A DNA stretch of 64,000 bases from Basidiobolus meristosporus CBS 931.73 (lineage: Eukaryota; Fungi; Basidiobolomycota). Positions 1 to 20,936 of the stretch are shown here, piece after piece. Both the position numbers and the translations under genes were made by a program. Every line of letters starts with the position of its first letter. Position 1 is the stretch's first letter. Location: contig MCFE01000013.1 of assembly GCA_002104905.1 (NCBI GenBank), positions 124,001 to 188,000 of the forward strand. The letters are read 5' to 3'. The notes below the pieces were generated by a model. It ran no database searches and was not told the origin of the DNA. It was given only the letters and a program-made list of their open reading frames with translations.

Positions 1-917
1 GTGAAGACCATCCTCAGTTCCGCGGTATCTATGTTGGATCCCTCTCCAGCCCCAGAGTCAAGGAGGAGGTTGAGGGCGCTGACCTCATCCTCAGTGTTGG
101 TGGCTTGAAGTCCGACTTCAACACCGGATCCTTCTCCTACCGCATGGACGCTGAGAAGACTGTCGAGATCCACTCTGACTACACTGATGTGTTCTACGGT
201 ACCTACAAGGCTGTTGGTATGAAGTACTTGTTGCCTAAGCTTGCTGCTGCCATTCCCAAGCGCGAGGTCCAAAGCATCAACCTCCACGTCGAGCTCCCCA
301 AGATCGACATGAAGGCCATGGTTCCTCAAGCCTGGTTCTGGAACAGAATGGGCAAGTTCTTCAAGCCTAACGACATTGTCCTTGCTGAGACCGGTACCTC
401 CGTGTTCGGCTGCTTGAACTCTCACATGCCCGAGGGTGCCACCTTCATCTCCCAGATTCTCTGGGGTTCCATTGGTTACACCGTTGGTGGATGTCTTGGA
501 GCTGCTGTTGCCGGACAAGAGCGTCGTGTTATCTTGTTTGTCGGTGATGGTTCCTTCCAGCTCACCTGCCAAGAAGTGTCGGTCATGATCCGTCTTGGTC
601 TCCGCCCCATCATCTTCTTGTTGAACAACAACGGCTACACCATTGAGCGTTTGATCCACGGAGTCAAGCGTACCTACAATGACATTGACAACTGGGACTT
701 CAGCAAGACCCTTGACTACTTCGGTGGTGCTGCTGGTCAAGACAAGATTGGATTCCAAGGCCGTGCCAACACTGCTGGTGAGTTTGAGCAAGTGTTGAAG
801 AAGGTCGAGAGCCACGCCGACAAGATCAACTTTGTTGAGGTCATGATGGACTGGTTGGATGCCCCTGAGAACTTGGTCAAGCAAGCTGAAGCTTCTGCCG
901 CTCTTAACCGCTCTTAG
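1..917 (+). CDS. PDC: Pyruvate decarboxylase PDC-1, 3' part only (5' end lies upstream of the window)
   Basis: Reading frame open from base 3 (EDHPQFRGIYVGS...) to TAG at 917. TPP-binding motif GDGSFQ...NN and YTIERLIHG present. The ORF-track start at 105 is an internal TTG, not the real start. Confidence 0.95.
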   Translation, partial: EDHPQFRGIYVGSLSSPRVKEEVEGADLILSVGGLKSDFNTGSFSYRMDAEKTVEIHSDYTDVFYGTYKAVGMKYLLPKLAAAIPKREVQSINLHVELPKIDMKAMVPQAWFWNRMGKFFKPNDIVLAETGTSVFGCLNSHMPEGATFISQILWGSIGYTVGGCLGAAVAGQERRVILFVGDGSFQLTCQEVSVMIRLGLRPIIFLLNNNGYTIERLIHGVKRTYNDIDNWDFSKTLDYFGGAAGQDKIGFQGRANTAGEFEQVLKKVESHADKINFVEVMMDWLDAPENLVKQAEASAALNRS

Positions 918-1806
918 ATTCATATAAATTTCCCAAATTAGATTGTACATTAAGTGATTAATAAAACTATGTTAACACAAACTTATTATATTGAGTACAA
1001 GATGTTTGAGAGCCATAATGACCAGGCCTATTCTATCCAAGCAAAAATTTGTTGTTTACACTATCGTGGTCAATCTTGTCAAGAAGCAGTGGCCCATTTG
1101 AGCAGAGAATCGTTTTGTAATTGACAATTTGATTTGTGACTATAATCAATTGGATCTTTTAGAGCATTATTTTTGACGTAAGTGATTTAAACCTTACCCC
1201 AAGTAGTTGGTGTATTTGAAATTACAATATTTCTCATAAACATTCTCCGTAGCCACTGATCGATTGTTTCGTGTGTTTGAAACAGATTAATCGTATTATT
1301 AATTTCTTCAGCCAGTCGCTATTAATTATTATGTATGTCTATTTTTCACCTTTTGAAGGGTTTTGATTCTCCCAACTTGGTATTATCCTTGCTCAATTTT
1401 CTTAATGAAGTTATCAATTCGACAATTTCAATGTTGGCATCATGTCGGTTTCCCAATGGGCTAATAACAGCTGGACCAATGATCTTTGTTAAGGTATTCT
1501 AGAACAATTGCAATTGCAGTTTATCACACTACTGTCTACTAATAAAGCTCTATCATCGTCGATGAATAAAAGCAATTGGATTCATTCATTTTACGTGGTT
1601 GTGAGAATGCTAGTGAAAATCGGACCAGATAGTATCCATAAGGAAATCCCACTTGCGCATGTAGCATACTCTACATAATTGGTAGTCTTTCTGTATTAGG
1701 ACGCTTGCTTTGGTAGCAATCAGTTCTAGTGTATACGATATTATCGGGATGCTATGGTATATATAAAGCGATCGAAATGCTACAAACATCATCAAACTAC
1801 TATTAG

Positions 1807-3580
<1,774 letters not shown>

Positions 3581-3729
3581 ATTCTTATAAATTTGCCAAA
3601 TTAGATTGTACATTAAGTGGTCAATAAAGATATGTAAACAAATATTTTATTTTTCTTTAGTAATATTTTTTACGACGTATAACTTGGTGTCGTGTCGAAG
3701 TTGTGACATAGAGTAAAGTACAGATTACA

Positions 3730-4130
3730 AGGCAAATACTTCAGTTATTCAATGTCCTGTTGGTAAAGTTTAATAGTAGGAGCCCAAAGTGAACATTATG
3801 TGAGGTTACAATCGAAACACGAAACGGTGAAAGCCGTCTGCTCTGATTTCTTCAGCCATCAACATCAGGATATCTCTTATCATTGGTTAGGGCTACACAG
3901 CAATACAGATGCGATGGTAACAGACAATTCCAACTTTGTTACCAATTTTGACTCGCTTAACATTGGTATCGGGAGGAGCTACCTTATCTGCACCTTCATG
4001 ATTGCCATTCGAAGACAAGCTGGTTAGGCGAAGGGGATGAGATGAGCTTTATTTCAACACCCTTTTCTTGAGATTATATTATTATCTAACGGTATTTGAA
4101 TTCTGTGAAATTTGATAGGATTTGAAAAAA
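3730..4130 (-). pseudogene. Heavily decayed ADH remnant between PDC-2 and PDC-3
   Basis: Minus-strand translation near 3900-4020 reads GNHEGADKVAPPDTNVKRVKIGNKVGIVCYHRIC, versus ADH GGHEGAGKVVALGSNVKDLKIGD(S/K)VGVVWLHSAC. Boundaries approximate. Confidence 0.8.
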
Positions 4131-5038
4131 TTATGCTAATTATACCACTTACCTCTATTACCCATGGCTCATTTGTAAGTCATAGGACTCTATTAATTTG
4201 TACTTCAGTTTGTTAGTCTCCATGCATTCTGAACTAATAGGATCCAACTCAATGTCTGACAGCTCAAGTTAAAGTATTACTATAAAAACTCAAAATCTGT
4301 TGGCTACAGGGATTGTCCTAGCTTATGGGCCAGGACCGGAACTGCACCCCTGATGCAGTTTACACCTGGGACGTTCTACCGATCTTCGAAAACGGGGATG
4401 TCTATTCTACGACTCTGGTGTTCGTAACAGAGTCCATGTCGGAGTCTGGTAGCAGAAAAGGTCCTTTACCTTGGCCGACTGGGTCTAAATGATAGATTAT
4501 TCCACACCCATTACAACCCGCGGGAGCATTGGAGCTACCTGCCAGTTGCGTACGTACCCAGGAAGGATCATCATCATGGTGTTGATGCCACGCAAGTCTC
4601 ACCGGAACTGGACTTTTCTGAATATTCTTCGAGATGGTCTAATTCGTCACAAAACCTATATGGATTCTGAGTATGGATCGGTAATCTTAACCTGCGGCGC
4701 CGTTACATATAATTCAATGCATACGTAATTGAACTAACTCCTATATGGTCGGCGGAATATAGTGGAATACAGTTTCCTAGTTAGTTTCTACCGCCCATAG
4801 CGTGCGTAAATTCTATAGTTGGCAACATTTCATCAACGGTTACAAATATGGACGGAATCAATACACATGGTGCGTTATGTCAGTATTAGTTATAACGCTA
4901 CTAAAAAAAACATTATTCGGCGCTCCAAATCGAATCCGGAACCAAGCTGAAGGGGAAATCCGGAGTCTTAGATAACTGGATAAATATTATTGTTAACTTC
5001 ATGATTTCAGTTTCCTATAAATGCCGACGTTTCATTAG

Positions 5039-6821
<1,783 letters not shown>

Positions 6822-7394
6822 AAGTGCTTATGACTTCCCCAATTTTCCTTTTCTAGCTGTATACTTGTAGATAATACTACAAAGGCTTGTACAATAATTT
6901 AAATTCAGAAGCTGTGACCAAGATATATTGGCCTTAAAATGTCTTGAAATTTAATATAAACATACTGATATATTGAAACTTTTACCAAGTAATTGTCCAG
7001 GTTACTCTACCCTTGACCATATGTGACTAATTAGTGTCCAAAAACATTTTATACTTTCAAAACTGTCTAGTTAAATCTACTTATTCTGGAACTAGTTAAT
7101 AGTGTAATATTGTCGATGGCTGTTCTTTTGCTATATCGCAAGGATCCTACTCAAAATAGAAAATAATATAACTGTTATAGAAAGTCCATAAAGAATGACG
7201 TTAAAGTGTATATGCTCAGACTTGTCATGGTGTGACATAATTCCATAAATATTTTTTGGTTTATATGTGTAATTGGAATTGGTAACTTGTAGGTATATGA
7301 TGTTAGTATTCTTACATGTAAAGATAAAGTACAGGGATGCTGATGTCATTTCATCATACACTTGATTTATATTCATGATCACCTAACACTGGGC

Positions 7395-7690
7395 CTTACC
7401 AAAGACAACAAATTAAAGATGTTGACGAGGCCTTAACAGTAATTAACGTTGAAACCTCGAATTGACAAACTTTGAAAGTAATGCCAGAAATAGTGCTCCA
7501 ATAAGGAGCGTTGTTAACAACTTGTTGGGAAGTTCTCTCGGGGTTGGGCAAAGTACCATGGGTTACGCACCTTGTCACATTTTGGTTTATGATATTCTTG
7601 CCTATAACCACTGCATTGTATTTCAAGATTTCAACAGGCACCTTAAAATATTCAAAAACAACGGCTTTTAGGTGTTTCGCCTTTTAGAAA
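7395..7690 (-). pseudogene. Heavily decayed, internally deleted ADH remnant head-to-head with PDC-4
   Basis: Minus strand gives AKHLKAVVFEYFKVPVEI (cf. PKTQKAAVIESHDKPVEI), THGTLPNPERTSQQVVNNAPYWSTISGI (cf. SHGVLLLSPAEKPFQQAVDYTRRWGTVACI) and QSLSIRG (cf. QRLTIRG). Its start lies about 640 bp from the PDC-4 ATG. Confidence 0.8.
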
Positions 7691-8304
7691 ACTAGGAAAT
7701 ATAATCAACACTCAACTTTATGGCTGGTGCAAACATTTTTATTCATTGCGCTTATATTGCTTAGCTAGTTATTTACTGAACCTTCCAGACTTCCGGATCA
7801 AACGCTAACTCAAAACATTTCAGTAAGGATTAGCCCAGGCATCAAGGAACACATTTTCAATGTTCTCAGATTGTATGATCGTGGTCATCCGCAAGGGCCT
7901 AAATTGTACGTTGCAAAACCAACTCAATTAATCGATGACCAAAACCAAACAGCTCAATTAAGTATGTTATGTACATTTCAAGTATACAGACCACTTCAAC
8001 TGGCGTTACTATACTTGGTATTGGTCTCTCTCCCATGATCAAGTGGGTGCTATATTTAAACGACTACCCGAACAACGAAACACCCTCAAGGTATATATTT
8101 AGCAAATCTTCTCCACATGGGGAAGCGGCTTAATTTGGTTGTCACATTTTCATAAGGTTTCTATTTTTGAAATTCACCAGATTCTGGAATTAAGAAATAG
8201 AGAAAAGGTCGGAATATCCCGGGATCAGTCAGTAGAAACCATTACTACGAACAAACGTATATTATCTATAAATATACGAGAATATGTCCTCCTCATTACA
8301 ATAG

Positions 8305-10082
<1,778 letters not shown>

Positions 10083-10985
10083 TTTTGTACTCTCACTACT
10101 TTTAACTTGAAACCGTACTATAGACATGAAATGGAAATTGTAAAATAAATATTATAGATTGCAATCGTTTAATGCGCAATAGCTTTGAGACAGAATTGAA
10201 TCAATTTGAAAGTAGTATTTAGGTCGAGTATGAGTTTCTAATGGTTGTAATATAAAGCCAATGAGGGTGGATAGATTACCAGACTAATATCTGTAATGAT
10301 TTATATCTCGAACAGATTTACAAGATTTATCAAAATTGATACATGTTAAGTGGAGGACGATGTCATAATAGTAATAAGACTTTTACCTATAATCCTCGTT
10401 TCACTTACATAAATGCTTATTAATTTGATATGGCTCATGTTACGCCGATGCTGGTAAATATTCCTAAATTTTCATTTTTGGTTTGCACATACTATTGAAA
10501 AAACATTCGTACCTGTCGCTCGCAATATTTGTTGACTCTATTTTAACCGCCCCGACCAAAATGTTGACCAAGTAATTTTCCAATGATCGCTTACCACCAC
10601 TATTACCGCTTATGGAATAGTATACTGTGCAAACAATGGTATCCTTCTAAAATTATTCAGCAGTAGATAGATTATTGATACTGGCAATTTGAAGAGTAAT
10701 CAGTGTGCTTAATTGACCAGAAATGTAGAAGTATGATTCTGGATATAGTAGTGGCAATACACATGGTGAGTCCATCCAAATTGAGAAAGTTTCTATCTAT
10801 TTTATCCCGGTTTGGAAACAGAATCGAATCTGGAAGTTTTTGAATGGGTGAATCCGGAATCAGCTTTTGTTTCCAAAAAATCTTGATTACATATATCAAT
10901 TGAGTAGCTCGATTAGCGGATTAAAATTTCAAATACGTATAAAAGAAGGCCAGTACGTCTTCAAAATCATCAATTGTTTCTGTAA

Positions 10986-12751
<1,766 letters not shown>

Positions 12752-13268
12752 ATATTCATAATAAGCATAGATACATAGATGATAACTTCGAACTTCAATA
12801 CACTTCCTTGTTGTAAAATAATGTCAATTAATAAACGTTGATACTTTGTATTTCAATATTTTTTTAAATTCGAGCTGGTAATATGGTCACAAATTTCGTT
12901 GATCGCCACTACACTTTTCAATTGTTGTATGCAGCAAGTGGTTTGGAGACGTATCCCACTGTTAAATATTTTTATATGACACAGGAAATCATATAATAGT
13001 CCAGCAAAATCAAGTGAAATTTGAGTATTTCATGTTAAATACATCAATGTATTGTAATATTTCGTGAATATTACATTGTATGATTACTTACATATATTAA
13101 CCTCAAATTTAGAAGTACGGAAATTACGTTAATTATGTTAGACAATGTAAAGTAGTAACTTAATCATCATTCAAGTTGTTTGATCTCTGAAGTTATTTTT
13201 GATTTGTATAATGATTTATTTGGAATTTTATGAAACAGGCTGTACAGGTCTAAATGGTACTACGAAAA

Positions 13269-14321
13269 TCAATGATTATGCATATCAAGGACGATGCGTC
13301 CAGCAATCTTGCCAGCATGCATGTCCTCATAGACTTGTGGAATGCTCTCCATATCCATGACCTTGTAGTGGCACTTGACCTTACCGCGGGCAGCGAAGTC
13401 AAGGGCTTCAGCAAGATCTTGACGGTTACCAACAATGGAACCACGGATGGTCAAACGCTGGAGGACAAGATCGAACACGGGGAAGGTGCCCTTGGCTCCG
13501 GCGGGAAGGGCAATGCAGGCAACAGTGCCCCAACGACGAGTGTAGTCAACAGCTTGTTGGAAGGGCTTCTCAGCGGGGGACAAGAGCAAGACACCGTGGG
13601 ATCCTCCACCAGTGACCTCCTTGACAGTGGCAACAACATCATCCTTCATGAAGTCAACAAAGTAGTCAGCTCCGAGCTCTTCAACACAAAGCTTTCTCTT
13701 GTCATCACCGGTATCGACGGCAACAACGTTCATGCCCATAGCCTTGGCATACTGGACAGCCAAGTGACCAAGACCTCCACCAGCACCAACAATGGTGACG
13801 AATTGGCCAGAGCGGACCTCAGTCTCCTTGAGACCCTTGTACACGGTAACACCGGCACAGAGGATAGGAGCAGCCTCGATGAGGGGAAGGTTGTCGGGAA
13901 TGCGGGCAACGTGGGAGGCACGGGCAACACAGTACTCTTGGAAACTGCCGTCAACACTGTATCCAGACATATGTTGGTTGGGGCACACAGTCTCACGACC
14001 TTGGATGCAGTACTCGCAGGTCATACAGGCAGAGTGGAGCCAGACAACTCCGACAGAGTCGCCAATCTTGAGGTCCTTGACGTTGCTACCGAGAGCAACA
14101 ACCTTACCGGCACCTTCGTGACCACCGACTAAGGGGAGCTTGGTGGGGATAGGCCAGTCACCCTCGGCGGCGTGGAGATCAGTGTGGCAGACACCGGTGT
14201 ACTCGATCTTGACGAGAACATCATCAGGTCCGGGAGTGGGAACAGCGATGGTCTTGATCTCAACTGGTTTGTCGTGAGATTCGATGACAGCGGCTTTTTG
14301 AGTCTTGGGGATTTGGCACAT
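13269..14321 (-). CDS. ADH: Zn-dependent, NAD-linked alcohol dehydrogenase ADH-1 (yeast Adh1-like MDR family), 350 aa, intronless
   Basis: Catalytic Zn ligands GVCHTD / GHEGAG / PILCAG, structural Zn CMTCEYC-x7-C, Rossmann GAGGGLG with Asp in VAVDTG. Start placed at MCQIPKT (14321) by agreement with other copies and a TATA about 40 bp upstream. Confidence 0.95.
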   Translation of the reverse strand: MCQIPKTQKAAVIESHDKPVEIKTIAVPTPGPDDVLVKIEYTGVCHTDLHAAEGDWPIPTKLPLVGGHEGAGKVVALGSNVKDLKIGDSVGVVWLHSACMTCEYCIQGRETVCPNQHMSGYSVDGSFQEYCVARASHVARIPDNLPLIEAAPILCAGVTVYKGLKETEVRSGQFVTIVGAGGGLGHLAVQYAKAMGMNVVAVDTGDDKRKLCVEELGADYFVDFMKDDVVATVKEVTGGGSHGVLLLSPAEKPFQQAVDYTRRWGTVACIALPAGAKGTFPVFDLVLQRLTIRGSIVGNRQDLAEALDFAARGKVKCHYKVMDMESIPQVYEDMHAGKIAGRIVLDMHNH

Positions 14322-14870
14322 AATGAAATAAATTATGGTATTAGAACCATAGGACTTTGCGTTTATATATGAATCGACTTTTGCTATCCGCTCAATCATC
14401 GGGTAAATGAACATGCACATATTCAATCTGGATCCCTACCAACCCCATTGAGTCTATGACCCCTCGAAACCTAGGTTCGACTTTTGTTACGAAAACATCC
14501 TGAATTTTTACCATATAGAGGATACCTGTAGGAAAATTGACATTTGCAGTGAAGGAAACATGTATATCATTTGGGACAGCTATAATGAAATATTGCCTTG
14601 ACGTCGGCTTGACAGTTGAGTAATGTTATCCCTCCATTCGAGGAACTAATTCTTGATTTGGTAATTGACGCTCTATATTTACCAATGGCGGCAATTCTTT
14701 AGATCTGGAATCACGTACGATTTTGGGACATTTCGGAATCCATTTCTATCAGATCAAACCAGGCTGGTTGATGACATTTGCACAAAAAGGCAATTCTGTC
14801 AACTTAAAAGGAAATCAATATCTTCTAAATGGTTGTATTTTGTAGGTTGAATCACCATATCAATAGTACA

Positions 14871-14994
14871 TTGAAAAATTGAGAGCCGCGCTGACAAGAT
14901 CAACATTGTTGACGTAATGATGGACTGGCTGGATGCCCCCGATAACTAGGTCAAGCAAGTTGAGGCTTCTCCTGCACTCAGCCGCTCTGAGTAG
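14871..14994 (+). pseudogene. 3'-terminal PDC remnant between ADH-1 and ADH-2
   Basis: Translates ESRADKINIVDVMMDWLDAPDN*VKQVEASPALSRSE*, versus PDC C-terminus ESHADKINFVEVMMDWLDAPENLVKQAEASAALNRS*. Confidence 0.9.
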
Positions 14995-15426
14995 AATGCA
15001 CTATTCGTTTTTCGTAGAATTGTATAACAAAAGAAAATGTATTTTAATAGATTGACCGGGTTCATCCCAGACCTATATTGTTTATGATATTTCAACATGG
15101 TGAGGTCCGAATGTTCTATGATTGAACTACTGAATATTCTTCTATTCAATCATCATAAAGAATTTTCAATTGGATATGTAGTAGTAGCATTAAAATGCAT
15201 GATAATTAGCAACCATGCAAATGGAATTCTTCAGTATGCGAAATAAATATACGATTTGAGTCATCGGCTTTTAGTCTCCCAAGAGGAAATGAATATCTAA
15301 TTTGATTTCACCCAGCTGAATCATATACTAGTGCACCAGTGTTTAAATGAATGAAATGACGTTCAGTGGGTATTTATTATCAAAAAAATATTTTCAATGT
15401 ACAAGTTGACACAATGTCTCTAAGCC

Positions 15427-16479
15427 TTAATGGTTGTGTAAATCCAAGACGATACGGCCAGCGATCTTTCCAGCATGCATGTCCTCATAGACTTGTGGAA
15501 TGCTCTCCATATCCATGACCTTGTAGTGGCACTTGACCTTACCGCGGGCAGCGAAGTCAAGGGCTTCAGCAAGATCTTGACGGTTACCAACAATGGAACC
15601 ACGGATGGTCAAACGCTGGAGGACAAGATCGAACACGGGGAAGGTGCCCTTGGCTCCGGCGGGAAGGGCAATGCAGGCAACAGTGCCCCAACGACGAGTG
15701 TAGTCAACAGCTTGTTGGAAGGGCTTCTCAGCGGGGGACAAGAGCAAGACACCGTGGGATCCTCCACCGGTGACCTCCTTGACAGTGGCAACAACATCAT
15801 CCTTCATGAAGTCAACAAAGTAGTCAGCTCCGAGCTCTTCAACACAAAGCTTTCTCTTGTCATCACCGGTATCGACGGCAACAACGTTCATGCCCATAGC
15901 CTTGGCATACTGGACAGCCAAGTGACCGAGACCTCCACCAGCACCAACAATGGTGACGAATTGGCCAGAGCGGACCTCAGTCTCCTTGAGACCCTTGTAC
16001 ACGGTGACACCGGCACAGAGGATAGGAGCAGCCTCGATGAGGGGAAGGTTGTCGGGAATGCGAGCAACGTGGGAGGCACGGGCAACACAGTACTCTTGGA
16101 AACTGCCGTCAACGCTGTAGCCAGACATATGTTGGTTGGGGCACACAGTCTCACGACCTTGGATGCAGTACTCGCAGGTCATACAGGCAGAGTGGAGCCA
16201 GACAACTCCGACAGAGTCGCCAATCTTGAGGTCCTTGACGTTGCTACCGAGAGCAACAACCTTACCGGCACCTTCGTGACCACCGACCAAGGGGAGCTTG
16301 GTGGGGATAGGCCAGTCACCCTCGGCGGCGTGGAGATCAGTGTGGCAGACACCCGTGTACTCGATCTTGACGAGAACATCATCAGGTCCGGGAGTGGGAA
16401 CAGCGATGGTCTGAATCTCAACTGGTTTGTCGTGAGATTCGATGACAGCGGCTTTTTGAGTCTTGGGGATTTGACACAT
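15427..16479 (-). CDS. ADH: Alcohol dehydrogenase ADH-2, 350 aa
   Basis: Complete ORF with all Zn and NAD motifs; head-to-head with PDC-6. Confidence 0.96.
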   Translation of the reverse strand: MCQIPKTQKAAVIESHDKPVEIQTIAVPTPGPDDVLVKIEYTGVCHTDLHAAEGDWPIPTKLPLVGGHEGAGKVVALGSNVKDLKIGDSVGVVWLHSACMTCEYCIQGRETVCPNQHMSGYSVDGSFQEYCVARASHVARIPDNLPLIEAAPILCAGVTVYKGLKETEVRSGQFVTIVGAGGGLGHLAVQYAKAMGMNVVAVDTGDDKRKLCVEELGADYFVDFMKDDVVATVKEVTGGGSHGVLLLSPAEKPFQQAVDYTRRWGTVACIALPAGAKGTFPVFDLVLQRLTIRGSIVGNRQDLAEALDFAARGKVKCHYKVMDMESIPQVYEDMHAGKIAGRIVLDLHNH

Positions 16480-18934
<2,455 letters not shown>

Positions 18935-19299
18935 TACTCTACACTAATTGTAGCTAATTAGAGGCCCATTTTCATAGAATTGTAAAATAAACGATGATGA
19001 ATAGCAATCCGTAGTCTCGCTATTCCTCAAGTATGTAGTAATCAATGGTCATAGTATGATCGATATTGCCAAGATGTATCAGCATTATAATTTCTTGAAA
19101 ATTTATTATGTATATTTGCTGTTTTCAGTAACTTTGCACATTTATTAACCAGTTTCAACCAAGCTATTTGATCTACATGAAGCACAATTGTTGACTGAAC
19201 AAAGGTCGTATCCTAAATATTAGTTTTTTCAAATTACTTTGATAATTCACCATAAGCAATCAGCTTTTTCCAAAGACTACAGAACCATACCTCCTGCCT

Positions 19300-20150
19300 G
19301 TAGTTATTTTGATCTCCATCTGCGTGTGTCTTTTATCTCTTGGTTTCGATACTTGGCTCGAGGCAGTTGCCATTGCACGCTCAACAGTCGATGGCAACTT
19401 GAATTATGATGTCACCCTGGGTCCGTGGCTTAAACTACCACTGCGAGTGTTGTTATTGAAGGCCTTTCGGAGGATGGAAAGGAGGAAGAAATTGGCATCG
19501 CTACTGCAGATATCTGGACTACTGTAGAAGTATCTATTGATTCCTGCAAAGGCGAATACGCCGATCAAACAATAAAAATGCTGAATATCCCTCCCTACTG
19601 GATTACTTTTTGTCCTTCCTTCCTCTGGATCGCTGTTGTATGTTCATTCAGGGAATACTTGTGCAAGTAGCATTGATCCCAGGGCTGATGTTTGCTGAGT
19701 TTACGGAGTGGATCTCATGAATAATTGTCATGACAGTTAGCAAACATCAAGACAAAAGCTGGTTGAAATCAAAGGCTCTCCTCAGTGCTTAATGAAAATT
19801 GGCACAACAGCGTATATGTCGTATAAATGACTTAAATGTACTTTCAGAATACATGTACTCAAGATTCCTTCCCGAGAACATCCAGCAATTGATATTCTGC
19901 ACCTGATCAGAACAACTGTTGACGCAATGTAAGAATTTGGTTGGTGAGGATGCCAGTGCACTGCTAGGTAGCTAGAGGTAACTTAAAACGATGATTATCA
20001 CGCTTACTTGAGTGAAGGTGATGACCCTTGTGCGCAAGACTTGCTCTGCCGCTCATGACACAGGCACTGAGGTTGAGTTTTCTTGTGATTGCAATCCAGA
20101 TCATCCAATGCGTAGAGATTGAAGGCAGTATGAGAGAAAAAAACAAGACT
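19300..20150 (+). mobile_element. Very degenerate piggyBac-like transposase relic
   Basis: Fragments homologous to the 26.8-27.8 kb relic: DTW (cf. DSWFGS), GVDLMNNCHDS (cf. SDITANNLRDN), TAYMSYK, and the Cys-rich tail RKTCSAAHDTGTEVEFSCDCNPDHPM (cf. CKTCTAAHVTGIKVRFPCSCNPNHPM). Many stops; ends not found. Confidence 0.7.
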
Positions 20151-20936
20151 CAAAAGCTTATGACGGAAGTCGCGCTAATATTACGGAGCGTTTTGATTAA
20201 AGCTACTGGGAGGTCCTAGATCATCCCAGGTGGTCCTTTCAGTGTTGTGATCGATCAAGTCCACACGGCCAGTACTGGTTAATCGCATTTCCCTTTTTTA
20301 TGAATGCTGCGTATTTGTAGCTACATTGGCAGTGGGACAACTCCATGAAGTGGTACGGCTGTTATGATTGGCGTAGTAAGTACGTCCTAGGTGATCGACG
20401 TGACACTCCCAACCAGCTGGTAGGGTACATTCATCCTCGAAAGGAGTCGAGGTGTTGTTACCTCTTCAGAATTAGCGACGTTGATTTATGAAAGTTGCAA
20501 ACAAATTGCTGAACGCCTAACATGAACGAAGTGTCGAAGCATTTGGTCCGATTATATTTCGACATAATTTGTCACAATGAAAATGATATAAAACCAGGTT
20601 TTCAACTGCTCTGAATTAATGATAACCATTATGAGGAGAAAATTGTAGAGGTCACATTCGCATTATTTGAATTTCATATAATTTTTCTATGTGGTTAAAA
20701 TGATTAAAAAGGTTGTATAAACAATCCGTTGCAATGCATATTGATACAACAAACATGTTAGCAGGCGTTGCATCTCTGGTTATAATACATAAAACAAGAT
20801 ATAAAAACCAATCACCACAAACTATAATGTACAAAAGGCTTTGATCATAAACATACAGAATTATTGTATAAATGTAAAGGTTTATTTCTAATAAGCAAAA
20901 TTGAAATTTACAAATAATCATCTTGAAAGCAAATGA

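Noticed and set aside
4428-4670. GC-richer island with an 80-codon stop-free frame (QSPCRSLVAEKVLYLGRLG..)
   Set aside because: No ATG, no recognisable motif and no second copy in the window.
14322-14426. 35-aa N-terminal extension of ADH-1 and ADH-5 (MNMCMFIY..), and shorter ones in ADH-7, -8, -9 and -15
   Set aside because: The ADH-1/-5 extension runs through the TATA box; the others are short, differ between copies and lack targeting features, unlike ADH-13.
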